Source of the DNA: an uncultured Sphingomonas sp.
GTDB lineage: Bacteria; Pseudomonadota; Alphaproteobacteria; Sphingomonadales; Sphingomonadaceae
Length of the DNA: 64,000 bases
Direction of reading: 5' to 3'
Assembly: GCF_913777625.1 (NCBI RefSeq)
Contig: NZ_CAJYTI010000010.1
Location: 175,095-239,094 of the forward strand
This document shows, one piece after another, positions 1-8,133 of the stretch. The first letter of the stretch is position 1. Every line of letters begins with the position of its first letter. The translations under genes and the position numbers were made by a program. A model generated the notes under the pieces. It did not search any database, was not told the DNA's origin, and saw only the letters and a program-made list of their open reading frames with translations.

Positions 1-2
1 TC

Positions 3-179
3 GACGCTGACGAGATCGCCCGCCGCAAGGGCGAGCCCGCCCCGCCGATCCCGCCGAGCAACACGCCGTGGGAAGAGCTGTACCGCGAGAAGTCGGGCCA
101 GCTGCACGAAGGCGGCGTGCTCGAGTTCGCGACCAAATATCGCGGCACCGGGCTGAAGGTGCCGCGGCACAACCATTGA
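3..179 (+). CDS. C-terminal fragment of an IlvD/Edd-family sugar-acid dehydratase (probably xylonate dehydratase); 5' end outside the window
   Basis: Frame from nt 3 reads ...PSNTPWEELYREKSGQLHEGGVLEFATKY...VPRHNH*, the typical TPW...PRxNH end of this family; xyl genes are adjacent. Confidence 0.75.
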   Translation, partial: DADEIARRKGEPAPPIPPSNTPWEELYREKSGQLHEGGVLEFATKYRGTGLKVPRHNH

Positions 180-217
180 TCGGGAAGGGGTGGGGGTACC
201 CTTTCCACGCATCCTCT

Positions 218-312
218 GTCATTCCCGCGCAGGCGGGAATCCATTTGCCAGGACGCTGGGGGAAAGGACCTCGGCAACAGCGCCAATGGATCCCCGCCTT
301 CGCGGGGATGAC
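218..312. repeat. REP doublet (REPIN-like): two inverted 26-nt palindromic units with a 43-nt spacer
   Basis: GTCATTCCCGCGCAGGCGGGAATCCA (218-243) and TGGATCCCCGCCTTCGCGGGGATGAC (287-312) are near reverse complements, each internally palindromic, in an intergenic position. Confidence 0.8.
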
Positions 313-441
313 GATGGTGGCGGGGCAACCCGCGTAATCTTTCCTAGCCCCAATCTCCCCACCTCCGGCCCATTCCGGAGATGGCAAGTGTCACCCGCCA
401 GTGATAGTTAACCCTTCGCCAACTACGGGGAAGGGGACGGC

Positions 442-1065
442 GTGAGCGAAGGGGCACCGGCGAAACGGCTGCGCAATGCAGCCAATACGCGGGGGGTAAT
501 TCTCGAAGCGGCGAAGCGGCTGCTGGCGGAGCAGGGCTTTGCCCGCTGGGGCGTCAACGCGATCGCGCGCGCCTCGGGCTACGACAAGCAGCTGATCTAC
601 CGCTATTTCGGCGGGATGGACGGGCTCGCCGAGGCGATCGCCGCCGACGTCTCCGCCTGGATGGAGACGGCGCTGGTGCGGCCCGAGAACGTGCCGCCGC
701 CCGCCACCTATGCCGAGATGATGGCGCGCGTCGCGGTCGCGCTGCTCGATGCGCTGCGCAGCGATCCGCTGGCCCAGAAGATCCTCGCCTGGGAGCTTTC
801 CGCCCCCTCCAAGCTCGCCAGCGCCTTCACCGAGGCACGCGGCAAGGCGCTGAGCAGCTGGATCGCCCGCGAGCGCGGCACGCTGCAGCGGCCCGCGGGA
901 GTCGACGCGCCGATGCTCAATGCGCTGCTGATCGCCTCGATCCAGCAGCTGGTGCTGTCCGGCGCGACCGGCGGGCGGTTCCTGGGGCTGGACCTGTCGG
1001 ACGAAGCCGGCTGGGAGCGGGTGCGCGGTGGCATCGCCGGGCTGACCAAGGCGATGTACCAGTAA
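442..1065 (+). CDS. TetR/AcrR-family transcriptional regulator
   Basis: N-terminal HTH ILEAAKRLLAEQGF...IARASGYDKQLIYRYFG. Confidence 0.92.
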   Translation: MSEGAPAKRLRNAANTRGVILEAAKRLLAEQGFARWGVNAIARASGYDKQLIYRYFGGMDGLAEAIAADVSAWMETALVRPENVPPPATYAEMMARVAVALLDALRSDPLAQKILAWELSAPSKLASAFTEARGKALSSWIARERGTLQRPAGVDAPMLNALLIASIQQLVLSGATGGRFLGLDLSDEAGWERVRGGIAGLTKAMYQ

Positions 1066-1070
1066 AATCG

Positions 1071-1103
1071 AATTCCTCCCCAAGCTGCGCCCGGGGAGGA
1101 ATT
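1071..1103. terminator. Hairpin between convergent genes, probable bidirectional terminator
   Basis: Perfect 11-bp inverted repeat AATTCCTCCCC / GGGGAGGAATT. Confidence 0.6.
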
Positions 1104-1109
1104 TAGGCG

Positions 1110-2003
1110 TTACGCCCCGACGCGGATCATCGAGGTCGGCTGGCCGGCCACCGTCACGCGGAAGCGGAACAGGTCGCCCGAGCTCGGCCGCGCGGCCTTG
1201 TCCTCGGCGGAGAGATGCTTGTTCGCGGTGGTGGCGAACACCGTCTTCAGGTCCGGGCCGCCGAACGCGATCTTGGTGATCGCATCCACGGGGAAGGGTA
1301 CCGTCTCGACCAGGTCGCCCGCCGGCGAATAGCGGCGCACCTCGGAGCCCGCATAGAGGCTCACCCACACATAGCCTTCGCTGTCGACGCAGGGGCCGTC
1401 CGGGAAGCCTTCGCCCTGGGCGATGCGGACGAACTCGCGGCGGTTGACCAGCGTGCCGTCGCCGTCGATGTCGCAGGCATAGACGACGGCGCCCAGCGTA
1501 TCGACATGGTAGAGCGTCTTGCCGTCGGGCGAGACCGCCGGGCCGTTGGTGATCGACACCTTGGGAGCCGAGGCCACGCAGGTCCCGTCCTCGGCAAGGC
1601 GATAGATGGTGCCGGTGGCGTCGCTCTCGCCATCGTCCATCGTGCCGAACCAGAGGCGGCCGTCGGGGTCGACGGTGCCGTCGTTCAGCCGGTTGCCGGG
1701 CAGTTCGGGCTCGGGATCGACCAGGGGCGCGAAGCTGCCGTCGGCCGGATCGAACCTGGCGAGCCCGGTCTGCAGCCCCGCGACGAAGCCGCCGCTGGCG
1801 CAGGGCAGCGCGAAGCCGACCTGGGCTGGCGCATCCCAGCTCGCCTTGTCGCCGGTGGCGGGATCATAGCGGTGGATCTTGTGGCTCTTGATGTCGACGA
1901 ACCACAAAGCCGCATCGCGCTCCACCCACACCGGGCCTTCGAGAAGCGGAGCGCTGAGCCCCCACACGCTCTCCGGCGCCGAAACCACCACCTTGTCGGT
2001 CAT
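1110..2003 (-). CDS. xylC: SMP-30/gluconolactonase family, xylonolactonase
   Basis: LEGPVW, RLNDG, GFPDG motifs; GGAG RBS before ATG 2003; directly downstream of xylB. Confidence 0.85.
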   Translation of the reverse strand: MTDKVVVSAPESVWGLSAPLLEGPVWVERDAALWFVDIKSHKIHRYDPATGDKASWDAPAQVGFALPCASGGFVAGLQTGLARFDPADGSFAPLVDPEPELPGNRLNDGTVDPDGRLWFGTMDDGESDATGTIYRLAEDGTCVASAPKVSITNGPAVSPDGKTLYHVDTLGAVVYACDIDGDGTLVNRREFVRIAQGEGFPDGPCVDSEGYVWVSLYAGSEVRRYSPAGDLVETVPFPVDAITKIAFGGPDLKTVFATTANKHLSAEDKAARPSSGDLFRFRVTVAGQPTSMIRVGA

Positions 2004-2004
2004 C

Positions 2005-2802
2005 TTATCTCCAGCCTGCATCCACGAAGAATTCGTGGCTCGTTATCAGCCGCGCATCGTCGGATGCAAGGAACAGTGCCAGCGCGGCGATGTCGTCGGG
2101 CACCAGGCGACCGGGCAGGCACTGTGCCTTGACGATCTCGGACTCGCCCTCGGGCGTGTACCACTTCATCTGGCGCGGCGTCTTGACGTTGCCGGGAACG
2201 ATGCAGACCGAGCGGATGCCGTCCGGGCCCAGCTCGCGCGCCAGGCTGCGGGTGAGGCCCTCGATCGCGGCCTTGGCGGTCTGGTAGAGCGTCAGCTCCT
2301 CCAGCGCGAGGTGCCAGGAGATCGAGCCGAGGTTGATGATCACCCCGGCGCGCTTCGCCTTCATGCCCGGGATCACCGCCTGCGCCAGGAAGAACTGGTG
2401 GCGCAGGTTCACGTTCATGCGGTTGTCCCAGTACTCCGGGGTCACCTGCTCGATCGTGTGGCGGTCGTCATTGGCGGCATTGTTGAGCAGCACGTCGAAG
2501 CCGCCCTCGGCCGCGATCAGCGCCTGCACCTGGGCCTGACTGGCAACGATGTCGGTCAGGTCCACCTTGTGGAAGCGCGGCGCGATCGCGGCGTCCGAAA
2601 GGCTGGCGACCAGCGCGTGGGAATCCGCCTCGGCGATGTCGAAGAAGGTCACGTCCGCGCCCTGGCGGACGAACCCCTCGACCAGCCCGGCGCCGATGCC
2701 CGAGCCGCCGCCGGTGATCAGGACCCGCTTGCCCTTGAGGCTCGGATAAACGGCGCGCTGGGCGGCCGGGATCGGCCCCTGCTGGAGATCGGCTTGCGTC
2801 AT
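2005..2802 (-). CDS. xylB: SDR-family D-xylose 1-dehydrogenase
   Basis: YPSLKGKRVLITGGGSGIG, NNAANDDRH, YxxxK (YQTAK), end DAGWR; closely resembles Caulobacter XylB as recalled. Confidence 0.9.
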   Translation of the reverse strand: MTQADLQQGPIPAAQRAVYPSLKGKRVLITGGGSGIGAGLVEGFVRQGADVTFFDIAEADSHALVASLSDAAIAPRFHKVDLTDIVASQAQVQALIAAEGGFDVLLNNAANDDRHTIEQVTPEYWDNRMNVNLRHQFFLAQAVIPGMKAKRAGVIINLGSISWHLALEELTLYQTAKAAIEGLTRSLARELGPDGIRSVCIVPGNVKTPRQMKWYTPEGESEIVKAQCLPGRLVPDDIAALALFLASDDARLITSHEFFVDAGWR

Positions 2803-2809
2803 GGACACC

Positions 2810-3940
2810 TTAGGAATTGGAGAGGAGGCCGCGGGCGGCGAGGTTGCGCATCAGGTCGCGGATGCCGAACGTCCAGGGCGCGGCGGCCTTCGACGTGGTG
2901 ACGCGGTTGACGAGCGTGCCGAGCTTCGGCGTGGCGATGCGGACGATGTCGCCGGGCTTGTGGGTGAAGCCGCGGCCGGGATGGTCACGGTCCTGCACCG
3001 GCGCGAACAGCGTGCCGAGGAACAGCGCGAACCCGTCCGGATACTGGTGCTCGCTCAGCGTCTGGCGCACGAGCTCGGTCGGATCGCGGCTGATCTCGCT
3101 CATCTTGTTGGTGCCCGAGAGGCGATAGCCCTCCGGCCCGTCGATGGTGAGGTCGACCACCGCGCCGCGCACATCGTCCATCGTGAAATGATCGTCGAAC
3201 AGGCGGATGAACGGGCCGATCGCGGTCGAGGCGTTGTTGTCCTTGGCCTTGCCGAGCAGCAGCGCGCTGCGGCCCTCGAAGTCGCGCAGGTTGACGTCGT
3301 TGCCGAGCGTCGCGCCCTTGATCGCCCCGTTGCGGTCGACGACCAGCACCACTTCCGGCTCGGGATTGTTCCAGTCGCTGTCCGAACGGATGCCGATCTC
3401 GGCGCCCCAGCCCATCGCCGAGAGCACCGGCGCCTTGGTGAACACTTCCGCGTCCGGCCCGATCGCGACTTCGAGGTACTGCGACCACATGCCGGCCTCG
3501 ATCAGCGCGGCCTTGAGCGCAGCGGCTTCGGTCGTCCCGGGGACGACCGAGCGGATGCCGGAGCCCACCTTGGCTTCGAGGTCGCCGCGAATCTCGGCGG
3601 CCTTGGCGGAGTCGCCGCGGGCGCGTTCCTCGATCACGCGCTCCAGCGCCGAGACCGCGAAGGTCACGCCGGCGGCCTTCACGCATTGCAGGTCGATCGG
3701 CGCGAGGATCTGCGGGGCCGAGTCGGTGCCGAGCGCCTCGACGCTGCACAGCACGGTGCCGGTCAGCGTGGCGATGTCGTCGCGCTCGAGTAGATCGGCG
3801 ACGGTGGCGGCGGTGGCCGACACGTCGAGCACCTGGCCGTCGCGCAGGAGCACGGGGCTGGGGCCGGCGGGCGTCGCCACACGGCCGACCAGAATGGCCT
3901 GCGCATGATCGGCAGGCAGCATGTCACGAAGCGCTTCCAA
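2810..3940 (-). CDS. xylX: Fumarylacetoacetate-hydrolase family, 2-keto-3-deoxy-xylonate dehydratase
   Basis: DLQCVKAAGVTFA, WNNPEPEV, GNDVNLRDFEGRSALLL, HQYPDGFALFLGT. Start uncertain: TTG 3940 (RBS GAGAGG), ATG 3922 or ATG 3985. Confidence 0.88.
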   Translation of the reverse strand: MEALRDMLPADHAQAILVGRVATPAGPSPVLLRDGQVLDVSATAATVADLLERDDIATLTGTVLCSVEALGTDSAPQILAPIDLQCVKAAGVTFAVSALERVIEERARGDSAKAAEIRGDLEAKVGSGIRSVVPGTTEAAALKAALIEAGMWSQYLEVAIGPDAEVFTKAPVLSAMGWGAEIGIRSDSDWNNPEPEVVLVVDRNGAIKGATLGNDVNLRDFEGRSALLLGKAKDNNASTAIGPFIRLFDDHFTMDDVRGAVVDLTIDGPEGYRLSGTNKMSEISRDPTELVRQTLSEHQYPDGFALFLGTLFAPVQDRDHPGRGFTHKPGDIVRIATPKLGTLVNRVTTSKAAAPWTFGIRDLMRNLAARGLLSNS

Positions 3941-3970
3941 GGGACCTCTCGCCAGTTTCGTTTCGAATTG

Positions 3971-3984
3971 TGATAGCGCTACCA
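3971..3984. promoter_or_regulatory. LacI-type (XylR-like) operator of the xylX-xylB-xylC operon
   Basis: TGATAGCGCTACCA, 13/14 identical to the recalled Caulobacter XylR operator core TGTTAGCGCTACCA; a minus-strand TTGACA lies at 4006-4011. Confidence 0.7.
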
Positions 3985-4041
3985 TTGCTGCTCCGCCAAC
4001 GCAAATGTCAAGCGCGGGAAATACGCGTGTCGCGCTGATTT

Positions 4042-4698
4042 TCAAATATGAGAGAGAATTTCGCCCACGATGGCATCCGGGGCGCGCATCGCGCCGTCTT
4101 CGCTGGCCCGCACGACGCGCCACGGGCCGAGCAGATCGGCCGCGACCATCGCCTCGTAATTGCCGCGCACGCGCTGCTGGAGGGCGATATCCGCCTCATA
4201 TTCGTCGAAGCTGCGGGTCGTGTAGCTGCGCTGCGCCTTTTGCAGGATCAGTTCGCGTGCCAAGTCCCACGGCGTGTCGAGATAGATCGACAGGCGCGGG
4301 CGGGGCAGGGCGAATTGCCCGGTCTCCAGCGCGAGGATCCAGTCCATCAGCGCCCGGCCTTCGTCGCCGCCCAGCTTGGCGCCCTGATAGGCCATGTTCG
4401 AGGCGATGTAGCGATCGAGCACGACCACGTCATGGGTTGCCTGCGCTTCCAGCAGCGCGTCGCGCCACTCGAAGCGATCGAGCGCATAGAGCACGGCGGC
4501 GGCATGCGGGGTGACGGGGACGGGCAGTTCGCCGGCGAGCATCTTGCCGATGGTGACGCCGGCGACGGTCTCGCCATAGCGCGGGAAGCCGAGCACGGTG
4601 GCGGTGCGCCCGGACGCCTGCAGCGCCGCGCACAGCCCCTTGGCGGCGGTGTTCTTGCCGACGCCGTCGGCACCCTCGATCGCGATCAATTCACCCAT
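4042..4698 (-). CDS. tmk: Thymidylate kinase, actinobacterial-type
   Basis: P-loop IEGADGVGKNT, FPRYG, LYALDR, DRYIASNMAYQG. Confidence 0.85.
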   Translation of the reverse strand: MGELIAIEGADGVGKNTAAKGLCAALQASGRTATVLGFPRYGETVAGVTIGKMLAGELPVPVTPHAAAVLYALDRFEWRDALLEAQATHDVVVLDRYIASNMAYQGAKLGGDEGRALMDWILALETGQFALPRPRLSIYLDTPWDLARELILQKAQRSYTTRSFDEYEADIALQQRVRGNYEAMVAADLLGPWRVVRASEDGAMRAPDAIVGEILSHI

Positions 4699-4898
4699 GC
4701 GGCTGCCATAGCAGGGTGGCGGGGATTGTCACCGGGGGAGGGGTGGCGTCTAGCAGGTCCCGCCCATAATCGACCCTTCGTTGTTGGGCTGAGCGGTCCG
4801 GAAATAGACACTCTCTAAAGTGCTGCGGCCTTTGCTGGCTTCCGTCAGGCGCAGGTTCGAGCGCCATGATCGATATCAAGGGGCAGGAGAGACCTGCC

Positions 4899-5831
4899 TC
4901 ATTTTCTTGCCGCTTGTTTTTCAGCGTCGGGCGACCCAAACAAGAACGTAAGCGCTGCGGGCAAACGCGTCGCCCATGCATCTTCGCCATGATGAGCGGT
5001 CGGATCGATGACCAACTTAACGCTGGGCGCGCTCAATGCGAGGGCAAGTCGATCGCGTAGTCGTTCAGCGCCGACGACGAGCCCGGTGTTGATGCGTGCG
5101 ATCCGTTCGCGGATGGCTGGTGGCGCACCAGGCGGTATCGCCGCCTCCTCGCCGCCCATGCCAATATAGATACGGTCGGGTAGCATGGCGGCGTCGGCCG
5201 CGTCGCGCAGCAATTGCCCATTGCCGACCTGCAAGGATGGGCTCTCGATCAGCGCCTTGCCGAATAGCTGCGGATTACTCAGCACCGTGTGCAACGTGGC
5301 TACGCCGCCATAGGAGAAGCCGCCGAGTCCAATCTCGGCTGGATCCGTTGATACCCGAAACGATGCCGCGACCAACGGCATCACGTCGCCCGCTAGGAAT
5401 GCTGCCAACCGATCGCCTTCCATCTGACCGGCTGCCGGCATGAACGGGTCGGCATAGGGGAGATACTCGTTGGCGCGACGCGCACCGGCGTTATCGATGC
5501 CAACGATGATGATCGGTGTGATCGCGCCGCTCGAGATCAGCCGAGTGGCGACTTCATCTAGCGTCCACTCATGGCCCTGGTAGCCGGTACAGGTGTCGAA
5601 GGCATTTTGCCCGTCGAGAACGTACAGCACAGGATAGCGTCGCGAACCCGTCGTGTCGTATCCGGGGGGTAGCCAAATGCGCAACGTGCGCTCACCCGGG
5701 AATACCTTGCTCTGCAGCGTGATAGTGCGAACCGTACCGACGATGCTGGAACGACACTCGGGATCGCTCGGCGCCGCAGGGGGAACCTGCGCGGGAATCG
5801 ACATGACAGCGGCGAGCAAAAAGGTCAGCAT
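4899..5831 (-). CDS. Exported alpha/beta-hydrolase esterase (IroE/Fes-like)
   Basis: IWLPPGY, YPVLYVLDGQNAF, nucleophile elbow GFSYGG, C-terminal His (HHGEDAW); hydrophobic N-terminus. Confidence 0.85.
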   Translation of the reverse strand: MLTFLLAAVMSIPAQVPPAAPSDPECRSSIVGTVRTITLQSKVFPGERTLRIWLPPGYDTTGSRRYPVLYVLDGQNAFDTCTGYQGHEWTLDEVATRLISSGAITPIIIVGIDNAGARRANEYLPYADPFMPAAGQMEGDRLAAFLAGDVMPLVAASFRVSTDPAEIGLGGFSYGGVATLHTVLSNPQLFGKALIESPSLQVGNGQLLRDAADAAMLPDRIYIGMGGEEAAIPPGAPPAIRERIARINTGLVVGAERLRDRLALALSAPSVKLVIDPTAHHGEDAWATRLPAALTFLFGSPDAEKQAARK

Positions 5832-6128
5832 CAGTCCGCGTCTCCTTGCATCAAAGCGTAGCAAGAATTGTGACCTTCATGCCTCCGCCTTGATCTCAAG
5901 CTTATCCTAAGGGACGTTTGCTTTCCACCAGATTTGGATATTTGTCGTTCCCTTTGGTCGCACCTTTGACCGCCCCCGCCAACAGCTTGTTCCGTGCGAA
6001 TTGTTTACTATATGTTCGATCGTCGTCCGGTTTGGGCAGCCGCTCTTTGATTCTGTCCGGTAACGTCGTCGTGCGCGCGAAACATCACGTCGTGCGGCTT
6101 CGATGATGCTTGAGCTGACGGTGCTCGC

Positions 6129-6213
6129 CCTAAACTTCCTAAACTTTGCGGCCTGCAGCGGGCGGATGGCTGCCATCCGCTGAAACGCGCGAGAGCCTAA
6201 ACTTCCTAAACTT
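6129..6213. repeat. Two tandem doublets of the 9-mer CCTAAACTT flanking a 19-nt palindrome
   Basis: CCTAAACTTCCTAAACTT at 6129-6146 and 6196-6213; GCGGATGGC-T-GCCATCCGC at 6162-6180. Confidence 0.85.
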
Positions 6214-6271
6214 CGGTGGCAGGATCATGCTGGCCTTCCAGCAGAAGCCCAACGTCGCCCGCCGTCCGGTC

Positions 6272-6784
6272 TCAATGGTACGATGCGGCCTCGACCGGCG
6301 TGCACAGCAGCGCGCACGGGCCTTCGCCGTCGAGCGGCAGGATGGTGGTGAGCGTCGCCAGGCCGCCGGCATGGTCGAGCAGCCAGCCCGGTTCCGCGAC
6401 GGCGGGGCGGTTGGGCGAGAAGGCGACGCCGGTGCCGTCGGTGATCACGCCCAGCCGGCGCGGCGGGCTGGGCCAGCGGCCGGCGAGATAGGTGAGGCAG
6501 GCGCTCGCCGCATCCTGCAGCGCGCCTTCGTCGGTGTCCTCGTCGCAAAAGCCCTCGGGGCTCGCGTCGATCTCGGCGACCAGGCGGAAGTCGTCGCCGC
6601 GCCACCAGATCATCCGCAGCGATCCGTCCATGTCCTGCTGCAGACCCAAAAAAAGCCGACCGCCGGCCGGGAGCAGCGGTTGCGCACAGCGCACCATTTC
6701 CTCGGCCAGTTCGGTCAGCTTGAAATTCGGCCGCGGCATCATCTGGGGTATGCCGCGGCCGTTGGTCTGGGAGTCTCGGGACAT
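6272..6784 (-). CDS. Hypothetical protein downstream of the sigma factor
   Basis: 170-aa ORF with coding-like composition and its own CTATAAT motif 30 nt upstream; no family recognised. Confidence 0.7.
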   Translation of the reverse strand: MSRDSQTNGRGIPQMMPRPNFKLTELAEEMVRCAQPLLPAGGRLFLGLQQDMDGSLRMIWWRGDDFRLVAEIDASPEGFCDEDTDEGALQDAASACLTYLAGRWPSPPRRLGVITDGTGVAFSPNRPAVAEPGWLLDHAGGLATLTTILPLDGEGPCALLCTPVEAASYH

Positions 6785-6814
6785 CGGATCGTTCCGCGAT
6801 AGGGTTACCCCTGC

Positions 6815-6823
6815 ATTATAGAA
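6815..6823 (-). promoter_or_regulatory. TYCTATAA -10-like motif
   Basis: Minus-strand TTCTATAAT upstream of the ORF starting at 6784. Confidence 0.55.
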
Positions 6824-6844
6824 CGATTGCGCAGGAAACGGATA

Positions 6845-7897
6845 TCAGTGCAGCGCGGCGCTGCTCTGCACGGCGGCAGCGACGGCCACGACCTCGACGG
6901 TATCGCGGTTCGCCTCGGCCGCCACCACCGCCTCGACGCTCGCCGGATGGATCGCGACGACGCTGGAGAGCAGGTTGTGGGGCTGGCTGGCGTCCGGCAG
7001 GATCGGGGTGACGCTGCGGGCCGGGGCCGGCTGGCGGCGCTTGGCGGTGGCGGGCTCGCCATATTCGGCCATCACCGAGAAGCGGGGGTCGGCGGCGGCG
7101 ATCTCGGCGATCACCTTGGCGGCGCGCTTGGTGATCTGGCGGACGCGCTCCTTGGTCACGCCGGTCTCGAGCGACAGATCGTCGAGCGTGGCGGTCTGGA
7201 ACACGCGGCGGGCGACGATCTCGCGGTCGCGCTCCAGCTTGGCTTCGAGCTTCTCCAATTCGGTCGGATCGATGCCGTGGGTGGCGGTGCGGAGGCGCGG
7301 GCCTTCGCGGCGCAGCGCGGCTTCTTCCCGCTTCGGACGGGGGCGGCGGCGGAGCTGCTCGATGCCCACCTTGCGGAGATGGTCGACATAGGCCTCGATC
7401 AGCGAGGAGATCGCGCCGTCGGCCAGGTAATCCGACGCGGCGCTCTCGGTACGCTCCAGGGCGTCCTCGTCCTCGATCATCGCCTCGGGCGACATCTCGT
7501 CGCCATCCGCCGAGGTGACCATCGCGCTGAGCGAAACGGTGGTGGCTTCGACCTTCTTCGCGGAGGGGCGCTGATCGGTCATCAGGCGGAAGCGCAGGCT
7601 CTGCAGTTCGCCGCGGATCTGCCAGTTCACGAAGGTGGTGAACTGCGCCTTTTCCGGCTCATAGGCCTGGATGGCACGGTGCACGGCGATGGCGCAGCAC
7701 TGCTCGGCATCGTCCCAGTGCGCGGTCAGGCCGTACTGGCGGATGAAGTGGCGGATGCGCGGTGCGATGAGCTTGAGAATGCGAGCGAAGGCCCGATCGA
7801 CTTCGGCGCGCTGACGGGCAGTCTGCTTGCTGTCCTTCGGCGAGTTCTCGATGACGGTTTGGACTGCGGCCTCGAGAGCGATCGTGATCTTCGACAT
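6845..7897 (-). CDS. Sigma70-family (group 3-like) RNA polymerase sigma factor, atypical
   Basis: Region 2 AIQAYEPEKAQFTTFVNWQIRGELQS, region 3.2-like VSLSAMV...MIED, region 4.2 HTH TLDDLSLETGVTKERVRQITKRA. Confidence 0.8.
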   Translation of the reverse strand: MSKITIALEAAVQTVIENSPKDSKQTARQRAEVDRAFARILKLIAPRIRHFIRQYGLTAHWDDAEQCCAIAVHRAIQAYEPEKAQFTTFVNWQIRGELQSLRFRLMTDQRPSAKKVEATTVSLSAMVTSADGDEMSPEAMIEDEDALERTESAASDYLADGAISSLIEAYVDHLRKVGIEQLRRRPRPKREEAALRREGPRLRTATHGIDPTELEKLEAKLERDREIVARRVFQTATLDDLSLETGVTKERVRQITKRAAKVIAEIAAADPRFSVMAEYGEPATAKRRQPAPARSVTPILPDASQPHNLLSSVVAIHPASVEAVVAAEANRDTVEVVAVAAAVQSSAALH

Positions 7898-7949
7898 TCG
7901 TATTCCCCTGGTTCAGCGCCGGTCCGATCGTTCCGGCGCCGTCGACAGG

Positions 7950-8091
7950 GGCAGATTTCGCCTGAAACCTTTAAAGGAGTGCTAATCGCGGGCTTAGGTA
8001 GTTTTCCGCAAAGGACCCCCGACCTTTATAGCAGTTGCGATTCGCAACGTGGGCCAAGTGCCTGAAAAAATGATGGTTAATCGCCGTTCAG
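7950..8091 (-). promoter_or_regulatory. Sigma-factor promoter region: ftr-like box (7950-7962), TGCTATAAA (8025-8033), CtrA-like half-match (8076-8091)
   Basis: GGCAGATTTCGCC; minus-strand CTATAAA; minus-strand CTGA-N7-TTAAC. Confidence 0.45.
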
Positions 8092-8133
8092 CATGTGCGC
8101 TAACGACGCTTCTCGCGGCCGGAAATGGCGGAT

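Noticed and set aside
68-411. ORFs 68-337 and 190-411
   Set aside because: They overlap the dehydratase 3' end and read through the REP doublet (SVIPAQAGIH / WIPAFAGMT are typical REP translations), so they are spurious
404-426. Weak inverted repeat TAGTT-N11-AACTA upstream of tetR as an operator
   Set aside because: Arms are only 5 bp; not distinguishable from chance
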